This document shows positions 41,271-51,318 of a DNA stretch of 64,000 nucleotides, piece after piece. The translations under genes and the position numbers were made by a program. This DNA is from an uncultured bacterium (GTDB taxonomy: Bacteria > Desulfobacterota_D > UBA1144), in NCBI GenBank assembly GCA_913050325.1, contig CAJWZP010000001.1, forward strand, positions 1,611-65,610, read 5' to 3'. The notes under the pieces were generated by a model. That model saw only the letters and a list, made by a program, of their open reading frames with translations. It was not told the DNA's origin and ran no database searches. How positions within the stretch are numbered: position 1 is the first letter of the stretch; every line of letters starts with the position of its first letter.

Positions 41271-43196
41271 TTGAAAAAAATACTGATATTAATTTTATTA
41301 CTTTTATTTACGTCAAATAATGGACATTCTAAAAGTGAAAATTGTGATAATTTAGGCTCAAATCTAAAAAAGGCTATATGTTATCAAAATAAAAATAAAA
41401 AAGGTAAAGCTAATTATTTTATTAAAAAAGCTAGAGAAGATTATAATCAATTTCAAGATTTTTTTGATTTTTATAACTTTTTTTTATATAAAGATAAAAA
41501 AAATATTGAGGATATAGAAAAATTTAAATCATCATTTAATAAAAAGTATAAAAATTCTATCTTTTTAAAAAATATAGAGTTTATGTACATGAAAAAATTA
41601 TTTAATTCTAAAAATTATTTGAAACTCAAAAAAACTTTATCTAATTTGAAAAAAAATTATAAACTTAATAATTTTGATTTAGTTTATGTTAATTTTTACA
41701 GTGCAATAATTGATGATTACAAAAATAAAAAAAAAGAATCTGAAAAAAAATTCTTAAATATTTGGAGTAATTATCCAAACTTTGAATTTATTAATATAGT
41801 AGAAAATAAAATTTCTTCTAAATTAATCAAAACTGAATATAAAATAAATAGACTTAAAACTCTTTTCAAAAAAAACTTAATTAAAAAATTTAAATCAGAA
41901 TACAAACCTTACAATGAATCGATAGAAATACTGAGGGGAATAATATATCTCAGAGAAGGTGATGAAAAATCGGGTTTAAAAATATTAGAGAGAATAGCAA
42001 GTGGAAAAAGAGAGAATAGCTTAAACAGTCAATTGGATATAATTGCAGAAGCTAATTATCAACTAGCAATATATAATTTAAAAAAAATTGATAATAACTC
42101 TAAAAGTGCAGAAGATTTAAAAAAAATATTATTGAAGTTTCCAAATTTTAAAAGGAATGATCAAATATCATATTTATCAGCTAGATTATTTTCATTAGAT
42201 AAAAATTATAATGAAGCTAAAAAAATCTATGATCGACTAATTAAAACAAAATCTAAAAAATACCTATATGACTCATACTGGGGATTAGGATGGTCCGAAT
42301 ATATGATGGGGAACTATAAAGATTCCTTAAATATTTTTGCTTATCTCGAACAATCTAAAAAAAATTACTATAAGACAAAAGGAATGTATTGGAAAGCGAG
42401 ATCTTTAGAAAAATTACAGGATTCAAAAGAGGCAAATGAAATATATGATGAAATTTTAAAAAATTTTAAATATGGATATTATGTCTACTTATCTAGTGTA
42501 AAAAGAAATATTCAACCTAAAAAAGAAATTTTAAAAGTTAAAATAAATTCTCAAATTAATAGCAGAGCAAAATTTTTCACTGAAATTGATAGAGCAATGC
42601 CTGAATTAAAAATCTATCAAAGATTTATAATTAATAAATTAAACGATGAGGATATGGAAGCTTTTTTAGATAATTTAATAAAATTAAATGAGTTTAATAG
42701 TGTAGTTAAATTATCTTATCAAATAAAATCTAAAATAGATCATAAGTACCCATTTGCTCACAGTAAAATAGTTGAAAATTATTCAAGTTTATATAATGTT
42801 GATAAAAACCTAATTTATTCTTTAATGAGAGAAGAAAGCTTATTTGATGAAAATGCTGTATCAAGAGTTAAAGCAAAAGGATTAATGCAATTAATGGATA
42901 AAACAAAAAAATCACTCGAGAATGAAATAGAAATCGAATCCCGAAGCTCATTTGAACCAAATCATAATATAAAACTTGGAACATATTATCTTTCTAAATT
43001 AAATAAAAAATTTGATAATAATTTTTTTAAAGTCATTGCTTCTTACAATGCGGGTCCACATAATGTATTAAAATGGAATGAAAGATTTAAAGGTTTAGAT
43101 GATGATGAATTCGTTGAAAATATACCGTTCAAAGAAACATACGGATATGTTAAAAGAGTATTGAGGTCTTATTATATATATCAGTCTATTAATTAG
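41271..43196 (+). CDS. Soluble lytic transglycosylase (TPR repeats plus SLT domain)
   Basis: Signal peptide, TPR-like helices, REES.F, A.GLMQLM, SYNAG, IPFKET.GYV.RV. Confidence 0.9.
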   Translation: MKKILILILLLLFTSNNGHSKSENCDNLGSNLKKAICYQNKNKKGKANYFIKKAREDYNQFQDFFDFYNFFLYKDKKNIEDIEKFKSSFNKKYKNSIFLKNIEFMYMKKLFNSKNYLKLKKTLSNLKKNYKLNNFDLVYVNFYSAIIDDYKNKKKESEKKFLNIWSNYPNFEFINIVENKISSKLIKTEYKINRLKTLFKKNLIKKFKSEYKPYNESIEILRGIIYLREGDEKSGLKILERIASGKRENSLNSQLDIIAEANYQLAIYNLKKIDNNSKSAEDLKKILLKFPNFKRNDQISYLSARLFSLDKNYNEAKKIYDRLIKTKSKKYLYDSYWGLGWSEYMMGNYKDSLNIFAYLEQSKKNYYKTKGMYWKARSLEKLQDSKEANEIYDEILKNFKYGYYVYLSSVKRNIQPKKEILKVKINSQINSRAKFFTEIDRAMPELKIYQRFIINKLNDEDMEAFLDNLIKLNEFNSVVKLSYQIKSKIDHKYPFAHSKIVENYSSLYNVDKNLIYSLMREESLFDENAVSRVKAKGLMQLMDKTKKSLENEIEIESRSSFEPNHNIKLGTYYLSKLNKKFDNNFFKVIASYNAGPHNVLKWNERFKGLDDDEFVENIPFKETYGYVKRVLRSYYIYQSIN

Positions 43197-43797
43197 AGAG
43201 CTTAGAAAAGTTATCCAAAACTTTTAATCCTATAGAACTACTTTTTTCAGGATGGAATTGTGTAGCAAAAATATTTTCTTTATTTATTGAAGATGAAAAC
43301 TCCTGCCCATATTCAGATTTTGTAAGAGTTAAAGTTTGATCAATCTTAAATTTAAATGAGTGAACAAAATACATCCAAGATTCATTATTAATACCTTGTA
43401 AAAATTCTGATTTTTTTTCAATAAAAATCTTATTCCATCCCATGTGGGGAATTTTTAACTTTTTATCAAAATTTATTTTATCAATAGAGCCATCAAAAAT
43501 TCCAAGGCCAGGGACTTCTGGAGATTCTTCACTTTTTGAAAATAAAATTTGAAGACCTAAACATATACCCAAAAAAAACTTACCAGATTTAATCGAATCA
43601 GTAATCGGCTTAATTAATTTTCTTCTATCAAGTTCTTTCATACAATCCCCAAATGAGCCAACTCCTGGAAAGACAATTGAATTAGCATCCATTATTTTAT
43701 CAGGATTGTTAGTTATGACGGAATCAATATTCAACAATTTAAATGCTTTATGAACTGATTTAAGATTACCTAAACCATAATCTACAACGGCTATCAT
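43189..43797 (-). CDS. hisH: Imidazole glycerol phosphate synthase glutaminase subunit
   Basis: DYG.GN, PGVG, GICLG.Q, PHMGWN, YFVHS, QFHPEKS. Confidence 0.96.
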   Translation of the reverse strand: MIAVVDYGLGNLKSVHKAFKLLNIDSVITNNPDKIMDANSIVFPGVGSFGDCMKELDRRKLIKPITDSIKSGKFFLGICLGLQILFSKSEESPEVPGLGIFDGSIDKINFDKKLKIPHMGWNKIFIEKKSEFLQGINNESWMYFVHSFKFKIDQTLTLTKSEYGQEFSSSINKENIFATQFHPEKSSSIGLKVLDNFSKLSN

Positions 43798-44381
43798 AAA
43801 TTTCCTTTAGTGGATGGAATAGAATCAGAACGAGAGTCAATTTGGGTAGCTATATCTAAGGATCTTGCTACTGATTTAAATATTGATTCTATTATATGAT
43901 GATTATTGGATCCATATTTAGTATTTATATGTATATTTGCTTTAATATTATTTGTAAAACTTTGAAAAAATTCTTTAGTTAATTCAATATCAAACTCACC
44001 AACTTTTCCATTATTTAAGTCAACATCAAAAATAAAGAAAGGTCTACCACTCAGATCAATATCTGATGAAGATAGTGTTTCATCAAATGGGACCGAGAAA
44101 GAGCCATATCTTTTTATAGATTTCTTATCGCCCAATGCTTCATTAAATGCTTCTCCTAATGCAATGCCAACATCCTCAACAGTATGATGGAAATCAATTT
44201 CTGTATCACCTGATGCTTTTATATTAAGATCAAAAAGTCCATGCTTTGATAGCTGCTCTAGCATATGATCAAAAAAGGGTATGCCAGTATCTATATTATA
44301 TAAACCCTTGCCATCAATATTTAATTCTACTGAAACATCAACTTCACTAGTTTTTCTTTTTACAATTGACTTACGAGACAT
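43794..44381 (-). CDS. hisB: Imidazoleglycerol-phosphate dehydratase
   Basis: FFDHML, HHTVED, DLSGRP, N.HHIIE. Confidence 0.96.
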   Translation of the reverse strand: MSRKSIVKRKTSEVDVSVELNIDGKGLYNIDTGIPFFDHMLEQLSKHGLFDLNIKASGDTEIDFHHTVEDVGIALGEAFNEALGDKKSIKRYGSFSVPFDETLSSSDIDLSGRPFFIFDVDLNNGKVGEFDIELTKEFFQSFTNNIKANIHINTKYGSNNHHIIESIFKSVARSLDIATQIDSRSDSIPSTKGNL

Positions 44382-44424
44382 ATTTTGATGTTAAACGAAA
44401 TATAATTAAAATTCAATTTAAGTT

Positions 44425-45399
44425 CTAATCATGCTCATCTTCTATTTCACCTACTATCTCCTCCAAAATATCCTCAAGGGTTACAATACCAGAGGCAGAT
44501 GTTTTTTCTCCTACTATTACTAAATTAAACTTTGATTTTCTTATCTCATTTAATAATTTTGAAGCTAAGCTTTTTTCATTTGTATACAATCCCTCTTCGA
44601 TTATTTCTTCTATCTTCATATCATCTGATTTACCAATTAAATATGAAGAATGAATAACCCCAACAATATTTTTGATTTTATTTTGATAAACTGGGAGTCT
44701 CGAAAAACCTGTTTTCTCAATGATTTTTTTGGCTTGACCTATTGTTGAATCTATTGGAAGTAATTCAACTCTATTAATTGGAATCATAATATCTCTTACT
44801 CTAACCTTATCAAATAAAAATATTTTATTTAGTATTTTATCTCTAAAACTTTCTGTTGAATCTTCAACAGAGGATTCAACCTCCAATGCATGAATAAGTT
44901 CTTCACGTGTTATCAATTTACTTTTTGTTCCAATTAATTTTACAATCGAATCAGTAATCAATCTTATAAATACTAATAATGGTTTAAATATTATGCTAAA
45001 AAAAATAGAGAAATAAATCGTCTTTAAAACCAAAATTGTACTTTGTTTTTGAAAAATTGATTTGGGAACTACTTGTCCAAAAATGACAATTAAAGGGGTA
45101 AGAATTAATACGGAGATTAAATGAGGATCATATTGTGGATAATTTCTTTGAATAAAAAAAGAAACCAATACTGTATTAATAACAATACATAAATTTTCAC
45201 CAACCAGACTTGTTGAGACATATTGTTCTATTTTATTAATTGATTTCATTACGAGTTTTGCTGCAGAACTTCCAGAATCTGCTCTTGATCTTATTTTAGC
45301 CTTATCACATGACAATAATGCAATTTCAGAACCAGCAAATAGAGCTTGTAGCACTAATAAAAATAATGTTATCAATGGTAAAGTAAAAAAGTTAATCAC
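44425..45399 (-). CDS. CNNM/DUF21-CBS domain protein (hemolysin/CorB-like)
   Basis: F..SE.A, FGQVVPK, GFSRLPVY, GIVTLEDILEEIVGEIEDE. Confidence 0.85.
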   Translation of the reverse strand: MINFFTLPLITLFLLVLQALFAGSEIALLSCDKAKIRSRADSGSSAAKLVMKSINKIEQYVSTSLVGENLCIVINTVLVSFFIQRNYPQYDPHLISVLILTPLIVIFGQVVPKSIFQKQSTILVLKTIYFSIFFSIIFKPLLVFIRLITDSIVKLIGTKSKLITREELIHALEVESSVEDSTESFRDKILNKIFLFDKVRVRDIMIPINRVELLPIDSTIGQAKKIIEKTGFSRLPVYQNKIKNIVGVIHSSYLIGKSDDMKIEEIIEEGLYTNEKSLASKLLNEIRKSKFNLVIVGEKTSASGIVTLEDILEEIVGEIEDEHD

Positions 45400-46704
45400 T
45401 TATTTTGATTCGCTCCTAATTAAAATTTTAGTAATTCTATTGTTAACTACTTCGCTAACTGTCATCTCAATTTTCCCATTTTTTACTTTATCTCCTTGTT
45501 TTGGAAGTCTACCAAGTTGATTAAAAATAAATCCGCCAACAGTTTCGATTCCAAGATCTTCCGAAATATAAGATGTTTCAATATTATCAGAAAGATTTTT
45601 TAATCCCGAATTCCTCATAACAGTAAATAAACAAGTTTCATTAAAATCTTTTATTTTTGTTCCACCATAAAGATATAAATCTTTACCAATATAAAAAATG
45701 CTTTCATCATTCACTAATTTTTCATCCTCAATTTCTCCAAAAATTTCTTCTAAAATATCATCCAGGGTTACTATTCCTTTAAGTCGTCCATATTCATCAA
45801 TTACAATTGCCATATGAGTTCTCAACAATTGCATTTCTCTTAGGAGTGGCAAAGCTTTCTTCTGGACTGGTACATAAAAAGGATCTCTTATGAGTGAGGA
45901 AATTTCTTCTGCCTTGTGATTTAATAAATCTTTTGAATATACGATGCCAACTATATTGTCAGTATCTCCTTCATAAACTGGGATTCTTGAAAAACCATTT
46001 TTCAGAGTTAGTTTAATTGCCTCATTAGTCTTAACTGTTGATTTAATCATAAATAAGTCTGGTTCAGGTGTCAGTATTTTTGATAATGGTATCTGGTCAA
46101 GTCTTAAAAAATTATCAACAAGTTCTGTTTCACTTCTCTTTACAAAACCTTCATCTTCACCGATATCAATTAGACTTGTTATGTTTCTTTTCGAAGAAAG
46201 TAAAGTAATATCTTCTCCTTTGAAATCAAAAAACTCAACTAGTTTTCTAGATATAAAATCAAAAAATAGGGTTAAGGGAAATAAAAACTTGTTAAGTAAT
46301 TCAATTGGCTTAGCGCAAATTACACTTAAGGGTCTGGAGAACTTTACACCAATGGTTTTGGGAATAATCTCACAAAAAATTAATATTACTATTGATGTGA
46401 TTAAAATTGCAACAATAGATATCAACTCTTCAGATAATGTATTTCTTAAAACTTGATCTAACTTTGCAGAAATTAAACTCGTAATAGTAACATTTAAAAT
46501 CTCATCCATTAATAAGATAGTTGCTATTATGGACGAAGGTTTTTTTATAAAGCCCTCTAATAACTTACCTGCTCTTGATTTCTTTTTTATAAGGTCTATT
46601 TGATATCTTTGTAATGAGAAAATAGAACTCTCAGTAATTGAGAAAAATCCAGATAATAAAATTAAAAAGAATATAACAACTACAAAAATATAAGCACTAT
46701 CCAT
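45400..46704 (-). CDS. CNNM/DUF21-CBS-CorC domain protein (hemolysin/CorB-like)
   Basis: SGFFS..E, EIIPK, FSRIPVY, VIDEYG...GIVT..DILEEI.GEI.DE, C-terminal ETVGG...LGR.P. Confidence 0.88.
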   Translation of the reverse strand: MDSAYIFVVVIFFLILLSGFFSITESSIFSLQRYQIDLIKKKSRAGKLLEGFIKKPSSIIATILLMDEILNVTITSLISAKLDQVLRNTLSEELISIVAILITSIVILIFCEIIPKTIGVKFSRPLSVICAKPIELLNKFLFPLTLFFDFISRKLVEFFDFKGEDITLLSSKRNITSLIDIGEDEGFVKRSETELVDNFLRLDQIPLSKILTPEPDLFMIKSTVKTNEAIKLTLKNGFSRIPVYEGDTDNIVGIVYSKDLLNHKAEEISSLIRDPFYVPVQKKALPLLREMQLLRTHMAIVIDEYGRLKGIVTLDDILEEIFGEIEDEKLVNDESIFYIGKDLYLYGGTKIKDFNETCLFTVMRNSGLKNLSDNIETSYISEDLGIETVGGFIFNQLGRLPKQGDKVKNGKIEMTVSEVVNNRITKILIRSESK

Positions 46705-47696
46705 TAGAATCTGTGTAAAAATCCTCCCGAATCAATTTTTTTAACCATTCCGGATTTAATTAATTTAATAACTCCAGTATTATCAGTATTTCCTATATTA
46801 TGTACTTTGATTTTTTTAGATTTTATTTTACTTTCAAATACTTTCTTATCTTTTTCATCAACAGTAAATAAAAACTTATAATCATCCCCGCCATTCATAA
46901 CTAAATTTTCAATAGTTTTTTGATTGAAAAATTTGTACAAACTCCTTTCAATTGGGATTTTTTCCCAAATTATGCTTGCACCTAAACTCTTATCTTTATA
47001 TTTAATTAATCTTTTAAGATCAATTGTTAATCCATCTGTAACATCAATCATTGACTTAATTAAATTTGTAGAAATAAGTTTGTTTAATTTATGAATATTT
47101 AATTCAGGCTTAATATATGCTTGAATTATTTTTTTTACATTCAAACCTTCATACTTTTTTTTATTTTTTAAAATTTTTAAACCTGCAGAAGCGGTTCCAA
47201 GATTATCTGTTATATATATATTTTGCCCAACCGAAGAACCTCTTGAAATATATTTTTTTTTCACAACTCCAATGACTGTTAGGTCAAGGGAAAATTGTTT
47301 TGAAGATGAAACATTACCACCTATTAGTTCTAAATTAAAATCCCTTGCAGCTTTCTTAAAACCATAAAAAATTTTATCTATAATTTTTGAGCTTGTTCCT
47401 TTTTTAATATTTAATGAATTAAGAAAGAATTCTGGTCTTGCACCCATCGCTAGTAGATCACTAATTGCAACAATAACCGCCCTATATGATATTTCTTCTG
47501 GTTTTGAGTATTTAAAACTAAAGTGAACATTTTCAATCTGTATATCACATGATACCGCATACTTTTTATTGCCTAATTTTAATATAGAAGCATCATCACC
47601 AATATTATTGAGAAAATTCTTATTATTTTTCTTAAAATTTTTCTTCAAAATTTTATATATATAGTTTTCATCAAAATTGTTAATTCTATTACTCAT
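46704..47696 (-). CDS. thiL: Thiamine-phosphate kinase
   Basis: IGDDA, SDL.AMGA.P, LIGG, IDVTDGL, GGDDY. Confidence 0.9.
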   Translation of the reverse strand: MSNRINNFDENYIYKILKKNFKKNNKNFLNNIGDDASILKLGNKKYAVSCDIQIENVHFSFKYSKPEEISYRAVIVAISDLLAMGARPEFFLNSLNIKKGTSSKIIDKIFYGFKKAARDFNLELIGGNVSSSKQFSLDLTVIGVVKKKYISRGSSVGQNIYITDNLGTASAGLKILKNKKKYEGLNVKKIIQAYIKPELNIHKLNKLISTNLIKSMIDVTDGLTIDLKRLIKYKDKSLGASIIWEKIPIERSLYKFFNQKTIENLVMNGGDDYKFLFTVDEKDKKVFESKIKSKKIKVHNIGNTDNTGVIKLIKSGMVKKIDSGGFLHRF

Positions 47697-48808
47697 ATAT
47701 ATTTTTCCAAAGTATTAAAAAAGATATCAACATTTTCATTCGTTGCATTACAACCCATAAGTCCTACTCTCCATACTTTTCCTTTTGTATCACCCAATCC
47801 TCCACCAATTTCTAAACTTTCATCTTTAAGCAAAAGTGTTCTTTTATTATCAGATATATGATTTGGTAATTTAATTGTTTTCAACATAGGTAAAATATTT
47901 TTTTTATTTTTAACAAAATATTCAAATGGTGAATTCGCTAATTTTGATGAAAAATAAACTGAAACTTCCTGATGTCTATTGATTCTAGTTTCTAGTCCCT
48001 CTTCAAGACAAATTTTGAGTCCTTCATTTAGTGCAAATAACATATTAACGGGAGCAGTGTGGTGATAAATTCTATTTTTGCTGTGGTAATTTTGTAATAG
48101 ATTTAAATCTAAATACCAAGACTTTACTTTATCTTTTCTATTTTTAATTTTGGCCATTGCTTTATCGCTAAAAGTTATTGGAGAAAGACCTGGGGGTACA
48201 TTTAAACATTTTTGTGAGCCTGAGTAGCAAACATCAATTCCCCATGAATCAACGTCTAAATCTAAACCAGTAAAAGAAGTAACGGAATCAACAACAAATA
48301 TAATATTACTTAATTTAAGAAACTCACCAAGTTGTTTAATATCTTGTTTAGCACCTGTGGATGTTTCAGCATGAACTATTGATACAATTTTAATGTTTTC
48401 CTCATTATCAATAACTTCTTTCATTTCTTCAAAGGTAAATGATTCTCCCCAATCTTTTTTAACTACTACAACCTCTGCATTATAACGACCAGCAACATCA
48501 GCCATCCGTTCTCCAAATAGTCCAGAAACAAAAATAATAACTCTATCTTTATTTTCAATTAAATTTGCAAATGATGCCTCCATTCCCGCACTACCTGTCC
48601 CGGAGATGGCAAATGTGTTTTCATTGTTAGTTTTAAATAATATCTTTAAATTTTCCCTTATTTCATCTAAAGTTTTAAAAAAATCAGGGTCTAAATGACT
48701 CATACAGCTCTGAGATAGTGCATTAAGAATTCTGCAGGGAACATTTGATGGACCAGGTCCGAGTAATATTTTTTGATTTAGTTTCGATTCGGCTTCTTCA
48801 GAGTCCAT
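47693..48808 (-). CDS. Alanine-glyoxylate/serine-pyruvate aminotransferase family (class V PLP enzyme)
   Basis: LLGPGPS, SGTGSAGME, VHAETSTG, D.VTS, SQK, YHHTAP, WRVGLMG. Confidence 0.9.
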   Translation of the reverse strand: MDSEEAESKLNQKILLGPGPSNVPCRILNALSQSCMSHLDPDFFKTLDEIRENLKILFKTNNENTFAISGTGSAGMEASFANLIENKDRVIIFVSGLFGERMADVAGRYNAEVVVVKKDWGESFTFEEMKEVIDNEENIKIVSIVHAETSTGAKQDIKQLGEFLKLSNIIFVVDSVTSFTGLDLDVDSWGIDVCYSGSQKCLNVPPGLSPITFSDKAMAKIKNRKDKVKSWYLDLNLLQNYHSKNRIYHHTAPVNMLFALNEGLKICLEEGLETRINRHQEVSVYFSSKLANSPFEYFVKNKKNILPMLKTIKLPNHISDNKRTLLLKDESLEIGGGLGDTKGKVWRVGLMGCNATNENVDIFFNTLEKYI

Positions 48809-48852
48809 ATTAAAAGTATAATTAATTTTTACAATCTTGGTATAATTAATTT

Positions 48853-49545
48853 ATGAAAACACTTTATGTAGATTTTGATGAAGATAAAATAATATCTAAT
48901 ATGGAAGATGTTGTGCCTCTATTTCCACTCGGTAATATGGTTTTTTTTCCAAATACTGTCATACCTTTGCATATATTTGAAGAAAGATATAAGCAAATGG
49001 TTGATGATTCTGCTTCAAGTCATAACTTAATCTGTATGACACTTATGAATGAGAACGAAAAGAGTAATGATGACAATGAAACAATTTCAAAAATAGGATG
49101 CGTGGGCAGAATAATTAGTAATGAAGAAATTGAAGAAGGTAAGAAAAACATAATTTTGTATGGTATTGGCAGAATTAAAATTGATGAAATAATATATTCA
49201 AAACCCTATAGACAAGCTAAAATTAATCTCATAAAGTCAATTGAAGCTAAAGATAATAGCGCCTTATATAAAAGAATTGTTGATTTAGTTGGTGAATGGA
49301 ACCTGCTTATTCAAGATTATAATGATAGTTATAAAATAAAAATAGATCCTAATGCAAACTTTTGTAAACTCATAGATTCTTTGTCATCTATAGTAGTATC
49401 AAGTTCTCTTGAGAGACAATATCTTTTAGAAGAATTAGATGAAGGTAAAAGAGGTGTTAGGCTCATTGAAGTTCTTGAATCAAGAATTGATTATTTAATG
49501 GGCAAACTGGAACTCCCTGATGATAAATCAAATTTAATTAATTAA
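48853..49545 (+). CDS. LON peptidase substrate-binding (N-terminal) domain protein
   Basis: PLFPL..V.FP...PLHIFEERY..M; no AAA or protease domain. Confidence 0.85.
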   Translation: MKTLYVDFDEDKIISNMEDVVPLFPLGNMVFFPNTVIPLHIFEERYKQMVDDSASSHNLICMTLMNENEKSNDDNETISKIGCVGRIISNEEIEEGKKNIILYGIGRIKIDEIIYSKPYRQAKINLIKSIEAKDNSALYKRIVDLVGEWNLLIQDYNDSYKIKIDPNANFCKLIDSLSSIVVSSSLERQYLLEELDEGKRGVRLIEVLESRIDYLMGKLELPDDKSNLIN

Positions 49546-50319
49546 AAAATCTAGAACTTCATTATCGACTAAATGACTATTTTCTTTCCAGAAACCATGG
49601 CCGCCTGGGAAACCTATTACCTGTGAATGGTATATCTTTTTAGCTAGTTCAATTGATTTAGATGGATCAACTATTAAATCATTTTTTCCATAGACGATTA
49701 AAGTTTTGGCTTTTATGTTCGATAAATATTTTATGTTACTTAACTTTTCAATAGCTGAGCACTGCTTTAGATATCCCTCAACATCATCTTCATTATTACT
49801 AACCTTTGTCTTTTTATAATCTTTAAAATTTCTTATTACATATTTTCTTGAATACCCTAGTAACAATGCATTGAACCATAGTTCTTTTAAACCTACTTTT
49901 TTTGCTGTTTTTTTTGCAATATTAATTATTTCATTTCCTATTTCATCTCGAGAAGCTGATGTACAAGCTAGAATTAGTTTATCTGTCATTCTTTGATATT
50001 TAGCCGCAAAAACCTGGGCTATCATTCCTCCCATAGACTTCCCTATTATGTGAGTTCTTTTTATTTTAAGTGTTTTAAGAATTTCGAAAGTATTTGAAGA
50101 AAAAAGCTCCATTGAAATTTTTTGTTTTGGAAAATCGCTTTTACCAGATCCAAGATTATCAAACGCTAAAATAGAAAAATTCTTCTTATATTTTTCAATT
50201 TGTTTATCCCAACTCGATATTGTACTACCAAGTCCTCCAATTAAAGTAATAAATTTTTTATTTTTATTTTTAATTAATTTATAAAAAATTTTTCCATGTT
50301 TAGTATCTAAATATTTTAT
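49534..50319 (-). CDS. Alpha/beta hydrolase (probable AUA start at 50319)
   Basis: GKSMGG nucleophile elbow, G.ND, GGH. The frame stays open 69 codons upstream of the track's ATG and encodes IGGLG...W and FDNLGSGKSD. Confidence 0.8.
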   Translation of the reverse strand: MKYLDTKHGKIFYKLIKNKNKKFITLIGGLGSTISSWDKQIEKYKKNFSILAFDNLGSGKSDFPKQKISMELFSSNTFEILKTLKIKRTHIIGKSMGGMIAQVFAAKYQRMTDKLILACTSASRDEIGNEIINIAKKTAKKVGLKELWFNALLLGYSRKYVIRNFKDYKKTKVSNNEDDVEGYLKQCSAIEKLSNIKYLSNIKAKTLIVYGKNDLIVDPSKSIELAKKIYHSQVIGFPGGHGFWKENSHLVDNEVLDFLIN

Positions 50320-50723
50320 TTTATACTCCTTAAATAACTATCAATTATTTTACAAGCAGATAACATATCTTTTACTTTTTTTCTTTTTTTTCTTGAAATG
50401 TCTTGTGAAATTAAAAAAGATTCAGCTTCATCTGTCGTAAAATTTTCATCCCAAAACTTTATATCTATTTTAATTACTTTTTTTAATTTTTTTGCGAAAT
50501 CTTCTATATAATCTTGAATTTTCAATCTTCCATCAGATTTAAAAGGAATACCAACCAAAATTAAATCTATCTTCCTGGTTTCTAAAATATTTAATATTTC
50601 CTTAATACTATGATCATCGGAAATATTTTCTATCTGTTTAATGGGATGACTAAACATTTTAAGCTCGTCAGTAGATGCAATCCCAATCCTTTTTATACCA
50701 TAATCAATTGCTAATATACTCAT
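50316..50723 (-). CDS. ruvX: YqgF/RuvX family nuclease
   Basis: LAIDYG.KRIGIA, VG.P, WDE.FTT, D..SA..I. Confidence 0.92.
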   Translation of the reverse strand: MSILAIDYGIKRIGIASTDELKMFSHPIKQIENISDDHSIKEILNILETRKIDLILVGIPFKSDGRLKIQDYIEDFAKKLKKVIKIDIKFWDENFTTDEAESFLISQDISRKKRKKVKDMLSACKIIDSYLRSIK

Positions 50724-50753
50724 CTTAATTTTTATATATTATATATTATTAAA

Positions 50754-51308
50754 ATGTTTTATGATTATGTTGATTCCATTTTTAATTTATTACATGTTTT
50801 TGTTATCTTATTAAATACACTAGGTTGGGTATCAGAGAAAACAAGACGTGTTAGTTTGTTATTTCTAATATTGACCATTTTTTGCTGGAGCATAATGGGC
50901 TTATTCTTTGGTATTGGTTTTTGCCCTCTGACATATTTACATTCTGAATATCTTAATTTTAAATACAGTTACATTCTTCCATTTTCATATATGGATCATT
51001 TTATTATTAACATTATTGATTTTAATATATCTAGTAAAATAATTTCTATAGTGAGTATCACTTTTGTCTTTTTGTCTTTGTATATAAATTTAAAAAAATC
51101 TTTTTTATTAAATAAATATATAATTTTATTTATCTTATTAAATGGAATATCTTCTTTATTCGTTGTAAGTTTTTATGATTTGGGATATTTGGGATCATTT
51201 AAAGATTTTCCAATAATTATTTCTTTTATTTTATCAACTATTATGATTATATTAATTTTTACAAAAGTGAAACTATTTAATCAAAAATATTCAAGGATTA
51301 AAGTATAA
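50754..51308 (+). CDS. DUF2784-like membrane protein
   Basis: H.......GW and W...G...G.CPLT motifs; highly hydrophobic. Confidence 0.65.
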   Translation: MFYDYVDSIFNLLHVFVILLNTLGWVSEKTRRVSLLFLILTIFCWSIMGLFFGIGFCPLTYLHSEYLNFKYSYILPFSYMDHFIINIIDFNISSKIISIVSITFVFLSLYINLKKSFLLNKYIILFILLNGISSLFVVSFYDLGYLGSFKDFPIIISFILSTIMIILIFTKVKLFNQKYSRIKV

Positions 51309-51318
51309 TTATATTCTT

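Noticed and set aside
41271..43196. Lys/Asn-rich low-complexity stretches and A runs (also in ispD, thiL, coaE) as repeats or phase-variation tracts
   Set aside because: Explained by AT mutational bias; frames are intact and there is no periodic unit.
49534..50315. Hydrolase as a truncated pseudogene
   Set aside because: There is no stop or frameshift in the upstream 69 codons and the catalytic motifs are intact, so a non-canonical start fits better.
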